Source of the DNA: a virus
Length of the DNA: 58,911 bases
Reading direction: 5' to 3' (one strand)
IMG/VR virus record: IMGVR_UViG_3300026316_000001
Location: 1 to 58,911 of that record
Shown here: piece by piece, positions 1-8,759 of the stretch
How positions within the stretch are numbered: position 1 is the first letter of the stretch
Layout of the letters: each line of letters begins with the position of its first letter
Made by a program: the position numbers and the translations under genes
The notes under the pieces: generated by a model
Database searches by the model: none
What the model was told of the DNA's origin: nothing
The model's input: only the letters and a program-made list of their open reading frames with translations

Positions 1-99
1 TCGCCGCCGGGCACCCACGGGTTCTCCCGTCGCGCGCTCGGGGTGGTGTGGATGCGGGCACGCAGCTCGCGGGCCAGCTCCTCCAGGGCGTACCGCAGG
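1..99. repeat. Left copy of an exact 99-bp terminal direct repeat (= 58813..58911); circular-assembly overlap or terminal redundancy
   Basis: 1-99 (tcgccgccgggcaccc...ggcgtaccgcagg) is identical base for base to 58813-58911. Confidence 0.95.
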
Positions 100-107
100 T
101 CGGACAT
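1..107 (-). CDS. 5' end of a small junction-spanning hypothetical CDS (continues at 58911 down to 58719)
   Basis: ATG at 107..105 preceded by CTACACCTGGAGGAAGC; reads MSDLRYALEELARELRARIHTTPSARRENPWVPGG and runs off the window edge in frame with 58719..58911. Confidence 0.6.
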   Translation of the reverse strand, partial: MSDLRYALEELARELRARIHTTPSARRENPWVPGG

Positions 108-129
108 GCTTCCTCCAGGTGTAGACGTG

Positions 130-163
130 CCGGTCCGGCCCCGGGAGAGTGGGGCCGGACCGG
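130..163 (-). terminator. GC-rich hairpin after the DUF932-like gene
   Basis: ccggtccggcccc (130-142) pairs with ggggccggaccgg (151-163), a 13-bp stem just 3' of the stop at 176; no U-tract. Confidence 0.45.
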
Positions 164-175
164 CTGTTGCAGGGG

Positions 176-1369
176 TCAGGCGTCCAGCTTCACGCCGGCA
201 TAGTCGGCGAAGATCCGGAGCGCGTTCACCTTCGGGGCCGTGACCGACTTCTCGCCATCCAGCGAGCGCCAGAACCGGTACCCGTCGTCGCTCAGCCCGG
301 TGTCCTTCGCGCCGACCTTGGTCTCCCAGTCGCAGTACTCGATGACGGTCTGGAGACCGGCCCACGCGGTGTTACGTACGTTGGCCTGGGTGTCGGCCTG
401 GGTGAGCAGGGCCATCAGCTTGTCGCGCTTCTTGTCCCAGTTCTCCTGGGCCTTGGCGCTGGGCTCCTCGCCGGGGCCGAAGTTCTCGGTGACGATCCGG
501 TCGAAGACCCGGGGCATCATGGGCGTCGCGACCAGCTCGTTGCCGATGCGCGCCCACTCGTCGCCGTACGAGTAGGACAGCTTCAGGGCGGTCCGGGCGT
601 CCGAGAGGTTCATCTTCGCGTTCTTGGTGTGACGGATCGTGAACTTGCTGACGGCGCGGGCCAGGTTCCAGTTCGCGGTGTTCGCGCACACGGTGCGCAG
701 CAGAGTGATCGCGCCGGTCAGCGGGGTGCTCAGGTCGTGGCTGGTGCGGACCAGCATCCACAGCTGGGAGGCGTCCACGCCGCCGACCAGGACATCCTTG
801 GGCAGCTTCCAGCACATGAATGCCTGCTTGCCCTCGAACAGGACGCCACAGGCGGCTGCGTTGGGCTCGGCCACGTCCACGATCGCGTCGCCGAATCCGA
901 GGAACGCCTCCCGGTTGTTCACGACCTGGTAGTTCGGGCCACACGTGCCCAGCACCTGCCACTGCCTGGTGACGGGGTGCTGGCGGATCAGCTTGCGCAC
1001 GTTGGGGTCTTCGATGTACTGGGTCATCATCATCGGCGTGCGCTCGCCACTCGCGTCCGGCATCATGATCGGCTGGCCGTTGGCGCCGAGCACCGGCACC
1101 TCGTGGTGGGCGTAGTCGGGCACCTTCAGCACGTCGTAGTCCGCGTGGGCCGCGACCAGCAGCTCCTCGGCGGTGACCTGGTGGTCGAAGGTGACGCCAA
1201 GGTTGTGCCAGGCCGGCGCCCGGACGCTGGCGAACGCGGCGACGCCGCCGGTCTTGTCGATGCCGTGCTGGACCTTGTTCTCGGCGATGTCGTACTGGGT
1301 GCCCCAGCCGGTGACGGTCTGGTCCTTGGTCGGGTCATACAGGGTGTCATCGAACAGCGGGCTGGTCAT
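176..1369 (-). CDS. DUF932-like phage/plasmid protein (397 aa)
   Basis: Long high-GC3 ORF; LIRQHPVTRQWQVLGTCGPNYQVVNNREAF and the overall layout resemble the DUF932/TIGR03299 family; motif CTACACCTGGAGGAACCGCA precedes the ATG. Confidence 0.6.
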   Translation of the reverse strand: MTSPLFDDTLYDPTKDQTVTGWGTQYDIAENKVQHGIDKTGGVAAFASVRAPAWHNLGVTFDHQVTAEELLVAAHADYDVLKVPDYAHHEVPVLGANGQPIMMPDASGERTPMMMTQYIEDPNVRKLIRQHPVTRQWQVLGTCGPNYQVVNNREAFLGFGDAIVDVAEPNAAACGVLFEGKQAFMCWKLPKDVLVGGVDASQLWMLVRTSHDLSTPLTGAITLLRTVCANTANWNLARAVSKFTIRHTKNAKMNLSDARTALKLSYSYGDEWARIGNELVATPMMPRVFDRIVTENFGPGEEPSAKAQENWDKKRDKLMALLTQADTQANVRNTAWAGLQTVIEYCDWETKVGAKDTGLSDDGYRFWRSLDGEKSVTAPKVNALRIFADYAGVKLDA

Positions 1370-1406
1370 TGCGGTTCCTCCAGGTGTAGAGGTGGTGTTA
1401 GGTGTG

Positions 1407-1436
1407 ACGATACACCTCTCCAGATGGAGGTGTCAA
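1407..1436 (-). promoter_or_regulatory. Candidate sigma70-type promoter with an inverted repeat in the spacer
   Basis: Minus strand: TTGACA (1436-1431), 18 nt, TATCGT (1412-1407); ACACCTC/GAGGTGT inverted repeat at 1412-1433. Confidence 0.4.
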
Positions 1437-1446
1437 GCCAGACCGC

Positions 1447-1839
1447 TCAACCGGCGTGGGCAATCGCGTACTCACCGGTACCGAGAACCGCCCACTCGCG
1501 GTCAACCTCGTCCAGCTTCAGCGCGTCGAACGCCCGCTGAAGCACCCGGTCCAGCTCGCTGTGCCAGTGGGCCTCCAGCCGGTTCAGCACCTTCTCCGTT
1601 CGCCGGTTGGGTACCCGGTTGACCGCCTCCAGCTTCTGCTCCAGCTCCTCCTCCGGCGTGATGGCGCGGGCCGGCGGAAGCGCGGGCGGCCGGGCGCGAC
1701 GCTCGGCGGTCTCCTGGCGCGCGAAGGCCACGGCCCGCTCGCCGGCCAGCCGGCGGCGGCGCTCGACGCGGCGGCCCAGCAGCGGAGCGGGCAGGATCAG
1801 GCCGGCGGCAACCAGCACGGCGATCAGCAGGTGAAGCAC
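1447..1839 (-). CDS. Hypothetical N-terminally membrane-anchored protein (130 aa)
   Basis: GTG start after GAAGGGAGACGAC; hydrophobic LHLLIAVLVAAGLILPAPLL then a charged helical region; high GC3. Confidence 0.6.
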   Translation of the reverse strand: MLHLLIAVLVAAGLILPAPLLGRRVERRRRLAGERAVAFARQETAERRARPPALPPARAITPEEELEQKLEAVNRVPNRRTEKVLNRLEAHWHSELDRVLQRAFDALKLDEVDREWAVLGTGEYAIAHAG

Positions 1840-1901
1840 GTCGTCTCCCTTCGATGACCTCCCCCGGGCACCGTAACCCGCACCCGAGGAAGGTCAAGCG
1901 T

Positions 1902-2774
1902 TCAGCTTCGAGTCATGCTCAGGAAGGTGTCCCATTTCGCGGCCTTCGCCCTCAGCTCGGCCAGCTCCTCCTCGGTGACCAGGTCGGGCACGTCCACCTT
2001 GACGCGGGTCAGCTCCCGCAGGATCGGAATCGCCTGCTCCAGCTCATCGGCCAGGGTCAGCAGCCACTCGGCACGCGACTCGTCGCCCAGCAGCAGCGCC
2101 TGGCGCATCCGGCGCACCTCGTGCGCCCTGGTGCCGGCCTGCGACTTCTGCGCCCGGCTACGCTCCTCAGCGGCCAGGGCCTTGTCCTTGCGGGCCGCAG
2201 CCTGAGGGCGTCCGTGGGTCCGCAGGTGCGAGACGGCCGAGGCCACGGCAGCGAAGGCATCGAAGCAGAACTCCGAGCGTATGCACTGGTAGACCACGCG
2301 CCCGTCATCCAGCATGACCTCATCCACGCCGCCCACCGGCATCGGCTTGCCGCCGATCGGGTTGCGACCCTTCGCCGGTACGCGGTCGGTCACCTGATGC
2401 CCGTCGATCACGTCGCGCTCCGTGCCGGCCAGCCTCGTGCTGGCCGTGGTCCGAGGCGCCACCTCGGGTACCTCCTCGGCGGCGAACACCTGAGCCGGGG
2501 TCGGTACCGCCTCCACGCCGGCCGCTGCCTTACGGTCGGTGTCGCGCTTGGCCACGAACGCCGGCCACGCCTCGAAGTAGCCCGTCCGGCGGATCTCGCG
2601 CATGGCGTTGTCGAGTCCGGTACCGTACCCGGAACCACGGACGGGGACCGTCACCATCGGCTTGCCCGGGGCGCCGACCTGCGCCGAGGTGCCGTTGGCG
2701 TTCTCCTTGACATGCCAACCCATTCTGACCATGTTGGTCAGAATGTCGCGGACCTGCTCCTTTTGCTGAACCAT
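1902..2774 (-). CDS. Hypothetical protein with a HicA/YcfA-like N-terminus and a C2H2-like Cys/His spacing (290 aa)
   Basis: VRDILTNMVRMGWHV...PGKPMVTVPV resembles the HicA fold but lacks the GSH His; YQCIRSEFCFDAFAAVASAVSHLRTH = C-x5-C-x12-H-x3-H; motif CTACACCTGGAGAGAGG upstream. Confidence 0.55.
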   Translation of the reverse strand: MVQQKEQVRDILTNMVRMGWHVKENANGTSAQVGAPGKPMVTVPVRGSGYGTGLDNAMREIRRTGYFEAWPAFVAKRDTDRKAAAGVEAVPTPAQVFAAEEVPEVAPRTTASTRLAGTERDVIDGHQVTDRVPAKGRNPIGGKPMPVGGVDEVMLDDGRVVYQCIRSEFCFDAFAAVASAVSHLRTHGRPQAAARKDKALAAEERSRAQKSQAGTRAHEVRRMRQALLLGDESRAEWLLTLADELEQAIPILRELTRVKVDVPDLVTEEELAELRAKAAKWDTFLSMTRS

Positions 2775-2801
2775 GTCTGTTTCCTCTCTCCAGGTGTAGT
2801 G

Positions 2802-3197
2802 CTAGTCCGCCGGGCCGACCCAGCGGTAACCGCCGTCGTCGGTGAGTAGCCACCAGCCGTGGCCCTGCACCGTGTGGATCAGGGCCGGCGCGGTCAACGG
2901 GTCCACGTCGGTGCCGTGGCGGAACCGCCAGCCCTTGCGCTCACACTCCGTCCAGGTGGAGGAGTGTTCGGTCTCGTCGTGGCAGGCCGGGCACAGCGCG
3001 AGCAGGTTGCGCGGATCGTTAGCCAGCTCGCCGGCCGGACCACTGACCCCGCCCATCCCCCGAGCTTGCCGGTGATGCACCTGCACCACGCCGAACCGGC
3101 CGCAGCCCTCGCAGCGTCCCCAGCAGCGGGCACGCACCAGGGCCTGCGCCTGCTCCAGCTTCATGACAGCTCCGACCTGTTCGTTGACCTCGAACAT
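2802..3197 (-). CDS. HNH endonuclease
   Basis: CEGCG...VHHRQARGMGG...NLLALCPACHDETE (HNH/Cys4). ATG 3197 may be leaderless (TACAAT 8 nt upstream); alternative ATG 3164 follows GGAGCTGTC. Confidence 0.8.
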   Translation of the reverse strand: MFEVNEQVGAVMKLEQAQALVRARCWGRCEGCGRFGVVQVHHRQARGMGGVSGPAGELANDPRNLLALCPACHDETEHSSTWTECERKGWRFRHGTDVDPLTAPALIHTVQGHGWWLLTDDGGYRWVGPAD

Positions 3198-3260
3198 GTG
3201 TCATGATTGTATAGTGCACGACCACATGTCAATACTGACTATACATGGAAGCGAGGCGTG

Positions 3261-3650
3261 ATGGCCCGAATGGCGCTGGAGAACGTGTCGGACCCGGACG
3301 CCGAGATCACCCAGGTGCTGGCCTTCCTGCGCGAGACGTTCCCCAACCTCGACCCCGATGACCCGGACCCGCTGATCGACCTGCCGGCCATCGCCGAGCT
3401 GGCCGGCGTCTCCAAGGGCACGCCGATGATCTGGCGCCAGCGCAGCAAGCCGGACTACGACGGCCCGGGACGCATGGACGGACGGCAGGGACGCAAGCAG
3501 CCCTTCCCGGCGCCCGACGACGAGCGGTACGCGGACAAGCCCCAATGGCGCGCGATCGGCACGATCCTGCCCTGGCTGTGCGCGACGAGGAAGTGGCCAC
3601 GTGGAACGGTGGCCCGGCCGGAGACCCGGGGCAGCAGGGTAGCCGCCTGA
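3261..3650 (+). CDS. Helix-turn-helix DNA-binding protein (129 aa)
   Basis: ATG 3261 after GGAAGCGAGGCGTG; LPAIAELAGVSKGTPMIWRQR looks like an HTH; first gene of the plus-strand block. Confidence 0.55.
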   Translation: MARMALENVSDPDAEITQVLAFLRETFPNLDPDDPDPLIDLPAIAELAGVSKGTPMIWRQRSKPDYDGPGRMDGRQGRKQPFPAPDDERYADKPQWRAIGTILPWLCATRKWPRGTVARPETRGSRVAA

Positions 3651-3719
3651 ACAGCATCGTGGGGACCGGCTCTACCCGATCCCCACGGCCACGCACCCTC
3701 CAAGGAGATCTCAGCTTAC

Positions 3720-4760
3720 ATGAGCATCAAGCGTGCACATATTCCGGCCGACGGGTACGCCATCATCGCCAATCACTGGTTGCGCGACCCACGGCTGAGC
3801 TGGAAAGCCAAGGGCCTGCTGGCCTACATCGCCAGCCACGACAAGGGGTACCAGCTCAGTGCGGAGCAGTTTCTCGCCGAGGGCAGGGAGGCCCGGGATG
3901 CGGTCCGGTCCGGTCTGCGCGAGCTGGAGGAGGCCGGATACCTGCGCCGCGTCGAGGCGCGCGACAACGACGGCCGGATCGTCGGCACCGACTACGAGCT
4001 GACCGAGCCGGCACCGCCGCCCGACGGGAAACCCAGCGCCGGAAAACCCGTCCCTGGAGCTGAGCTGCCGGAACAGGGTGTTTCCGCAGCTCAGTCCAGC
4101 GCCGGAAAACCCGTCCCTGGTGACCTCTCTCTTAAGAAGACCACTAAGAAGACCTCCTCTGAGGAGGGCGCCGCTCCCGCGCCGCCGGCCGCCGAGGAGG
4201 TCTCCACCGAGGCACAGCCGGACACCGCGCAGACCATCGTGCGGGACTTCATCGACTTCTGCGCCGGCCGCGACGTTCGGCTGACAAGATCGACGATCGG
4301 ACGGTACGGGGCGTCGATCAAGAGCCTGCTGGATCAGGGCTTCCCGCCGATCACGATCAAGCACGCGCTCAGCCTGATGCTGGCGCGCAACAAGGTCGGC
4401 AACGTGGCGTTGCTGGACAGCTTCGTGGTCGAGGTCCAGACCGCCCAGCGCAACCGGCCGACCAGCCCCGCTGCCGGGCCGGCGCAGTACCGGACCGCCG
4501 CCGAGAAGGGTGAAGACCGCCGTGCCGAGCAGGCGGCTGTGGCCAAGATCGCTGACGAGCTCGCCGCAGCGGAGAACATCGACCCCACCGACGTGGTTGG
4601 AAATCTTGAGATCGGGAAGCGGGCGCGTAAAATCTACGCTTCTCAGGTGACTACATGTCATCCCACGGGGTACAGTGGAACAGACGACCGGGACATCCTG
4701 GACGCACAGGTTGTCTCCGAGTGGAGGCAGCACCCGCCGAGGGAGGTGACAGCGGGATGA
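3720..4760 (+). CDS. Replication-initiator/replisome-organizer-like winged-helix protein (346 aa)
   Basis: N-terminus WLRDPRLSWKAKGLLAYIASH...RDAVRSGLRELEEAGYLRR resembles HTH_36/DnaD-like initiators; carries an internal 25-bp direct repeat. Confidence 0.55.
   Translation: MSIKRAHIPADGYAIIANHWLRDPRLSWKAKGLLAYIASHDKGYQLSAEQFLAEGREARDAVRSGLRELEEAGYLRRVEARDNDGRIVGTDYELTEPAPPPDGKPSAGKPVPGAELPEQGVSAAQSSAGKPVPGDLSLKKTTKKTSSEEGAAPAPPAAEEVSTEAQPDTAQTIVRDFIDFCAGRDVRLTRSTIGRYGASIKSLLDQGFPPITIKHALSLMLARNKVGNVALLDSFVVEVQTAQRNRPTSPAAGPAQYRTAAEKGEDRRAEQAAVAKIADELAAAENIDPTDVVGNLEIGKRARKIYASQVTTCHPTGYSGTDDRDILDAQVVSEWRQHPPREVTAG
4033..4120. repeat. Direct repeat / inverted repeat / direct repeat structure inside the initiator-like gene (candidate origin)
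   Basis: ccagcgccggaaaacccgtccctgg at 4033-4057 and 4096-4120 (25/25 identical) flank an imperfect ~15-bp inverted repeat (ctgagctgccggaaca / tgtttccgcagctcag). Confidence 0.7.
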
Positions 4761-5212
4761 ACCGCAGCGAGGTAGCCGACCTACTCGCTCTCATCGAGGG
4801 CTTCGAGCGCAGGCCGTTCCCGGCCAACGCGGTGGACGCCTGGCTCGCGGTCATGGCACGTGTCGAGTACCGCGACGCCGCACAGGCCGTAACGGAGGCT
4901 TTCGACACGGCCGAGCCGCTGAAGACGCCAGTGCAGCCGGGCCAGATCAAGCGCCGGGCGGTGGTTATCCGCGAGAACCGGGAGCGGGTGCAGGGCCGGG
5001 CGATCGAAGCTCCGTCGAGCTCGACGCGTCCGAACGAGGCCTACCTACGTGCTCGCGCCGAGCTGGCCCGCAGGATCGGCGACCCGGCACGCCTGAGCCC
5101 ACGCTCACCGGCACGCGCCGACACGAGCCAGCCGGTCAGCACCGATTCCGGCATCACCAACGACGCCCGCAACCGGGCGGCCAGCGCGCTTCGCGCGTAC
5201 GCCGCCGCGTAG
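4757..5212 (+). CDS. G39P-like helicase-loader candidate (151 aa)
   Basis: ATGA overlap with the upstream stop; MNRSEVADLLALIEGFERRPFPANAVDAWLAVMARVEYRDAAQAV matches the N-terminal pattern of SPP1 G39P-type loaders (by eye). Confidence 0.45.
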   Translation: MNRSEVADLLALIEGFERRPFPANAVDAWLAVMARVEYRDAAQAVTEAFDTAEPLKTPVQPGQIKRRAVVIRENRERVQGRAIEAPSSSTRPNEAYLRARAELARRIGDPARLSPRSPARADTSQPVSTDSGITNDARNRAASALRAYAAA

Positions 5213-5214
5213 CG

Positions 5215-5254
5215 CAGAGGCCGGTCCGTTTCCCCCGTGGCGGATCGGCCTCTG
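5215..5254 (+). terminator. Hairpin after the loader-like gene
   Basis: cagaggccg (5215-5223) pairs with cggcctctg (5246-5254), 3 nt after the TAG at 5210-5212. Confidence 0.45.
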
Positions 5255-5306
5255 TCGTACCCCTGCTGTATAGTGTGGGTACACACCTGAAGCGAGGAGA
5301 CCTCCC

Positions 5307-6857
5307 ATGGCACGACCCGCCGCCCTGCCGGACCCCAAGCTGAACGACAAGCTGGACGACGCCTTCGGCCCAGAGCGACCGACCGGCCCGCTGACCCTCC
5401 ACCTGGAGCAGGCCGACCTGGAGACGGCACGCCAGAGCCTGGACGCCGCGATGGCTTACCTCCAGACACACCTGCCCCGCGTGGCCAAGGGTGAGACTGC
5501 CGAGATCACCGGCACCACCAAAGACGGCCGCCCGTTCACCAAGAAGTACGACTACGCCCAACTCGATGACGTGTCCGAGGCCATCCTGCCGCTACTCGGG
5601 CGCCTCGGTCTGTCCTGGCGCACCTGCCCGACACTCGTCCACCTGGAGGGTGAGCAGGGCTACCGCTTCGTGCTCCAGTACGCGCTGAAGCACGTCAACG
5701 GCGACGTGATCGAGGGGATGTGGCCGCTGCCGGACCGGGCCGACCCGCAGGCCGTGGGCAGCGTGATCACCTACGCCCGCCGGTACTGCCTGTGCGCGGT
5801 CACCGGCCTGGCCCCCGGTGGGGATGACGACGGTACCGCCGGCAGGGAGGCCAGCCGGCGCGGTGAGACCCTGGACGAGGCGTCCACGCTCAGCCTTCCG
5901 CCGCGCGAATCCGAGTCCATCGTGGCCGCGCTGGAGCCCCAGGCGCTCACCCCGCTCGCGCAGTACGGCGAGCTGTGGAAGACCGTGGTCGCCCGTCGCG
6001 CGGCCGGCAAGCCCAGCCCCGTCGAGCACGACGGGCGCATCCTCACCTGGACCGAGCTGTTCGGCTTCTCCCTGGCCCAGCGCATCGACGCGCTTAGCAC
6101 GCCCGCCGCGTGCAGGGCGTTCTACGACGAGGCGCGGGCGGCCGGTGGGGACGCGGCGCTGCCCTGGACCTGGGAGGACCAGCTCCCCAGCATCCGCCTG
6201 CTGGCCCGAGGCAACCAGATCAAGGCCGAGCTGGCGCAGCGCGCACAGGTCGTGGAGCTGGCCATCGCCTCAGCCTCCACCCCCGAGGAGCTGAGCGCCG
6301 CCTCCGATCTGGCCGAGGAGCTGGGCCAGCTCCTGCCGGACAAGCTGGAAGGCTTCCGACTGTTCGTCGCCGAACGCATGGGCGCACTCGGGCGCAAGCC
6401 GGCGACCGAGCGCGAGGTCGAGGACGTACCGCTACCCGAGCCGGAGACCGAGGCCCAGCACCAGGCGCCGGCCGCCGGGTCCGTGGCCGGCGGGGTGAAG
6501 TCCGTCCTGCTGATGGCCCAGATCTATCAGGGCGCCCCGCTGGCCGAGCTGACGCCGGAGATCGACGCCGCGTTCATGGAGCGCGGGGAGCTGACCGGCG
6601 ACGAGCACGGTGCCCTGCATGATGTCCTGGCCACCCGCCCGGAGCCCGGACCGGATCGCACCGCGCTGAACTTCCTCAGCTGGCAGGCCGAGATGGCGCC
6701 CAACGAGGTCGCCCTGGACGAGCTGGCCAAGCGGATCAAGGCGCTGCGCCAGATCCGCCCCGACCTGCTGGACGCCCGTCAGCACCGCGAGCTGCTGGCG
6801 GCCATCGCGGCGCGTCGCGCCCACCTGAACGAGCTGGAAGGGAAGCGGTACCGGTGA
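5307..6857 (+). CDS. erf: ERF-family single-strand annealing protein with a long C-terminal extension (516 aa)
   Basis: GSVITYARRYCLCAVTGL is the ERF-superfamily signature; preceded by TGTATAGTG and ACACCTGAAGCGAGGAG. Confidence 0.75.
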   Translation: MARPAALPDPKLNDKLDDAFGPERPTGPLTLHLEQADLETARQSLDAAMAYLQTHLPRVAKGETAEITGTTKDGRPFTKKYDYAQLDDVSEAILPLLGRLGLSWRTCPTLVHLEGEQGYRFVLQYALKHVNGDVIEGMWPLPDRADPQAVGSVITYARRYCLCAVTGLAPGGDDDGTAGREASRRGETLDEASTLSLPPRESESIVAALEPQALTPLAQYGELWKTVVARRAAGKPSPVEHDGRILTWTELFGFSLAQRIDALSTPAACRAFYDEARAAGGDAALPWTWEDQLPSIRLLARGNQIKAELAQRAQVVELAIASASTPEELSAASDLAEELGQLLPDKLEGFRLFVAERMGALGRKPATEREVEDVPLPEPETEAQHQAPAAGSVAGGVKSVLLMAQIYQGAPLAELTPEIDAAFMERGELTGDEHGALHDVLATRPEPGPDRTALNFLSWQAEMAPNEVALDELAKRIKALRQIRPDLLDARQHRELLAAIAARRAHLNELEGKRYR

Positions 6858-7384
6858 GCGCGAGCATGAGTCGAGCCGATCTGATGCGCGTGCAGGTCAT
6901 GGGGGTAGCGCTGGCCGCTGCTGCCCGTGACCTACTGGAGGGCGAGGCCCGCGAGGAGTGGGAGGGGCCGAACCGAACCCGGGTGACCTGGAGCTCCCCC
7001 GGCTTCGTGGCCGCCGCGTCGATCACCAACCGGACGCTGGAGGTGATCGACGACCAGGAGTTTCTTGCCTGGGTGTCCGAGCAGCACCCCGGCGAGGTGA
7101 TCATAGTGCGCCGGGCGCGCAATACCGAGTGGCTGAAGCAGCTCCGCGACCAGCTCGCCGCCGATGTGGCCGCCGGCCGCGAGGACGCTCCACCTGGAAC
7201 GAAGCTCTACGACGGCGACGAGTTCAAGGCGCTGGCCATCACGCCCGACCGCGAGCTGAAGCGCGCGATGTTCGAGGCCGCCCGGATGGCGATCATGCAC
7301 GGGGTATGGCCCGACGCTCCATCCATGTGGAACGCCGTGCAGGCCCTCATGAAGGGCGAGGAAACGACCGACCCGACCGGTTGA
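6854..7384 (+). CDS. Hypothetical protein (176 aa)
   Basis: GTGA overlap with the ERF stop; high GC3. Confidence 0.6.
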   Translation: MSASMSRADLMRVQVMGVALAAAARDLLEGEAREEWEGPNRTRVTWSSPGFVAAASITNRTLEVIDDQEFLAWVSEQHPGEVIIVRRARNTEWLKQLRDQLAADVAAGREDAPPGTKLYDGDEFKALAITPDRELKRAMFEAARMAIMHGVWPDAPSMWNAVQALMKGEETTDPTG

Positions 7385-7410
7385 CATAGGTGTCAAGCAT
7401 GGCCTAACAT
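7381..7410 (+). promoter_or_regulatory. Candidate promoter with a palindromic -35 box
   Basis: TTGACAtaggTGTCAA (7381-7396); TTGACA, 18 nt, TAACAT (7405-7410); followed by AGCGATACACCTGGAGGGCCACATG. Confidence 0.5.
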
Positions 7411-7441
7411 GTATCTCATAGCGATACACCTGGAGGGCCAC

Positions 7442-7630
7442 ATGAAGCAACTCACCCGGTACCAGCTCGAAGGCCTGCGCGAGCTGGTACAGCAGGAGAT
7501 GGACGGCATCGAGAGCGGTGATCTGGTGGTCGCCGACCCTGCCGGCGCCCTGTGCGAGCTGCGCGACCTGCGCACCGACCTGGAAGCCATGTACCACGCC
7601 ACCCCCGACACCGGGACGGAGCTGCTGTGA
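7442..7630 (+). CDS. Hypothetical protein (62 aa)
   Basis: ATG 5 nt after ACACCTGGAGG (7426-7436); MKQLTRYQLEGLRELVQQEM. Confidence 0.6.
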   Translation: MKQLTRYQLEGLRELVQQEMDGIESGDLVVADPAGALCELRDLRTDLEAMYHATPDTGTELL

Positions 7631-7959
7631 TGCCGATCCTCGCCGCGCTGCTGCACACCCTGGCGATCGTGCCGACCTTCATGCTCGCCCACGCCGTACC
7701 GATCGGCGGCATGGGTACGGTCATCTGCCTGGCCGGCGCGCTGGCCTGGGTGAAGATCCGCGCCGAACTGGCGGGCGACCGCGAGGCCTACGTCACGATC
7801 TCCACCGAAAGGCACGCGGTCTGGGCCGGCTACGACGGCGAGGGCGTCTACGCCTGGTCCTGCACGTGCGGCGAGGCCGAGAGCGACTTCACTGGCCTGG
7901 ACGCCGCCACGCTGGCCAGCACGGACCACCTGCTCGACGTGGGCGCGGTGCCGGCATGA
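7630..7959 (+). CDS. Hypothetical membrane protein (109 aa)
   Basis: TGATG overlap; MPILAALLHTLAIVPTFMLAHAVPIGGMGTVICLAGALAWV gives two hydrophobic spans. Confidence 0.6.
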   Translation: MPILAALLHTLAIVPTFMLAHAVPIGGMGTVICLAGALAWVKIRAELAGDREAYVTISTERHAVWAGYDGEGVYAWSCTCGEAESDFTGLDAATLASTDHLLDVGAVPA

Positions 7960-8228
7960 TCAGCCACGAGGCCGTAGCCACTCAGCGCCGGACCAGCCTC
8001 GCCTGCCCCGAGCAGTACGACGGCACCCTGACCGATGGCCGCGCGTTCTACTTCCGGTACCGCCACGGCTGGGCCAGCCTCGGCCTCGGCGCCACGGTGG
8101 ACGCGGCCGTCTGGGACGAGCGGGAAACCGGCGTCACGGTCGGCGCACACCTCGACGGGATTTTCGAGAGCGACGACGAGCGCAACGCCACGTTCGCCGC
8201 CCTGCTCGCCGAACGGCTGACGGCATGA
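7956..8228 (+). CDS. Hypothetical protein (90 aa)
   Basis: ATGA overlap; MISHEAVATQRRTSLACPEQYDG. Confidence 0.55.
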   Translation: MISHEAVATQRRTSLACPEQYDGTLTDGRAFYFRYRHGWASLGLGATVDAAVWDERETGVTVGAHLDGIFESDDERNATFAALLAERLTA

Positions 8229-8569
8229 ACCCCGCCCCGCTGCGCTCATGCGCGGTCGGAGGCGGCCACCACCTGGGTCACAACTCCAGATCCTTCGGCG
8301 GGCGGTACTTCTGTCCCAAGCACCAGCGCGAGACGTTCTACAACTTCGACCCCCAACCGTGCACGCACAAGATCGGCGAGCTGGTGCGCAACCGCGTGCG
8401 GTTCATCGACGGCGGACGCGGAGACGCCGAGCTGATCGTGATCGCCCGCGACGGCGACCAGGTGACCGTCAAGGTGCTGGGCTTCCCCGACCTGCCGGCA
8501 CAGACCGTTCCCCTGGCCGCCTTGTGGCCGGGCTGGTACCCCAACTACTCCCGGGGGTGTGGACGATGA
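8225..8569 (+). CDS. Hypothetical protein (114 aa)
   Basis: ATGA overlap; ORF from the track. Confidence 0.55.
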   Translation: MNPAPLRSCAVGGGHHLGHNSRSFGGRYFCPKHQRETFYNFDPQPCTHKIGELVRNRVRFIDGGRGDAELIVIARDGDQVTVKVLGFPDLPAQTVPLAALWPGWYPNYSRGCGR

Positions 8570-8724
8570 GCGAGCCGGAATACCTGGTCAATGCGCTCGG
8601 CGTGCCGGTACCGAAGGATCTGTGCCCCACACACGCGCTGATCTTCCGCAAGTGGCGGGCGGTGCACTACGACCACCGCAACCCCACCGAGTGGCCCGGC
8701 GGCCAGCACATCATGGACATCTGA
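8566..8724 (+). CDS. Hypothetical protein (52 aa)
   Basis: ATGA overlap; MSEPEYLVNALGVPVPKDLCPTHALIFRKW. Confidence 0.5.
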   Translation: MSEPEYLVNALGVPVPKDLCPTHALIFRKWRAVHYDHRNPTEWPGGQHIMDI

Positions 8725-8759
8725 CCTATCCGCTATCCATCCACCTGGAGGTACCCGAG

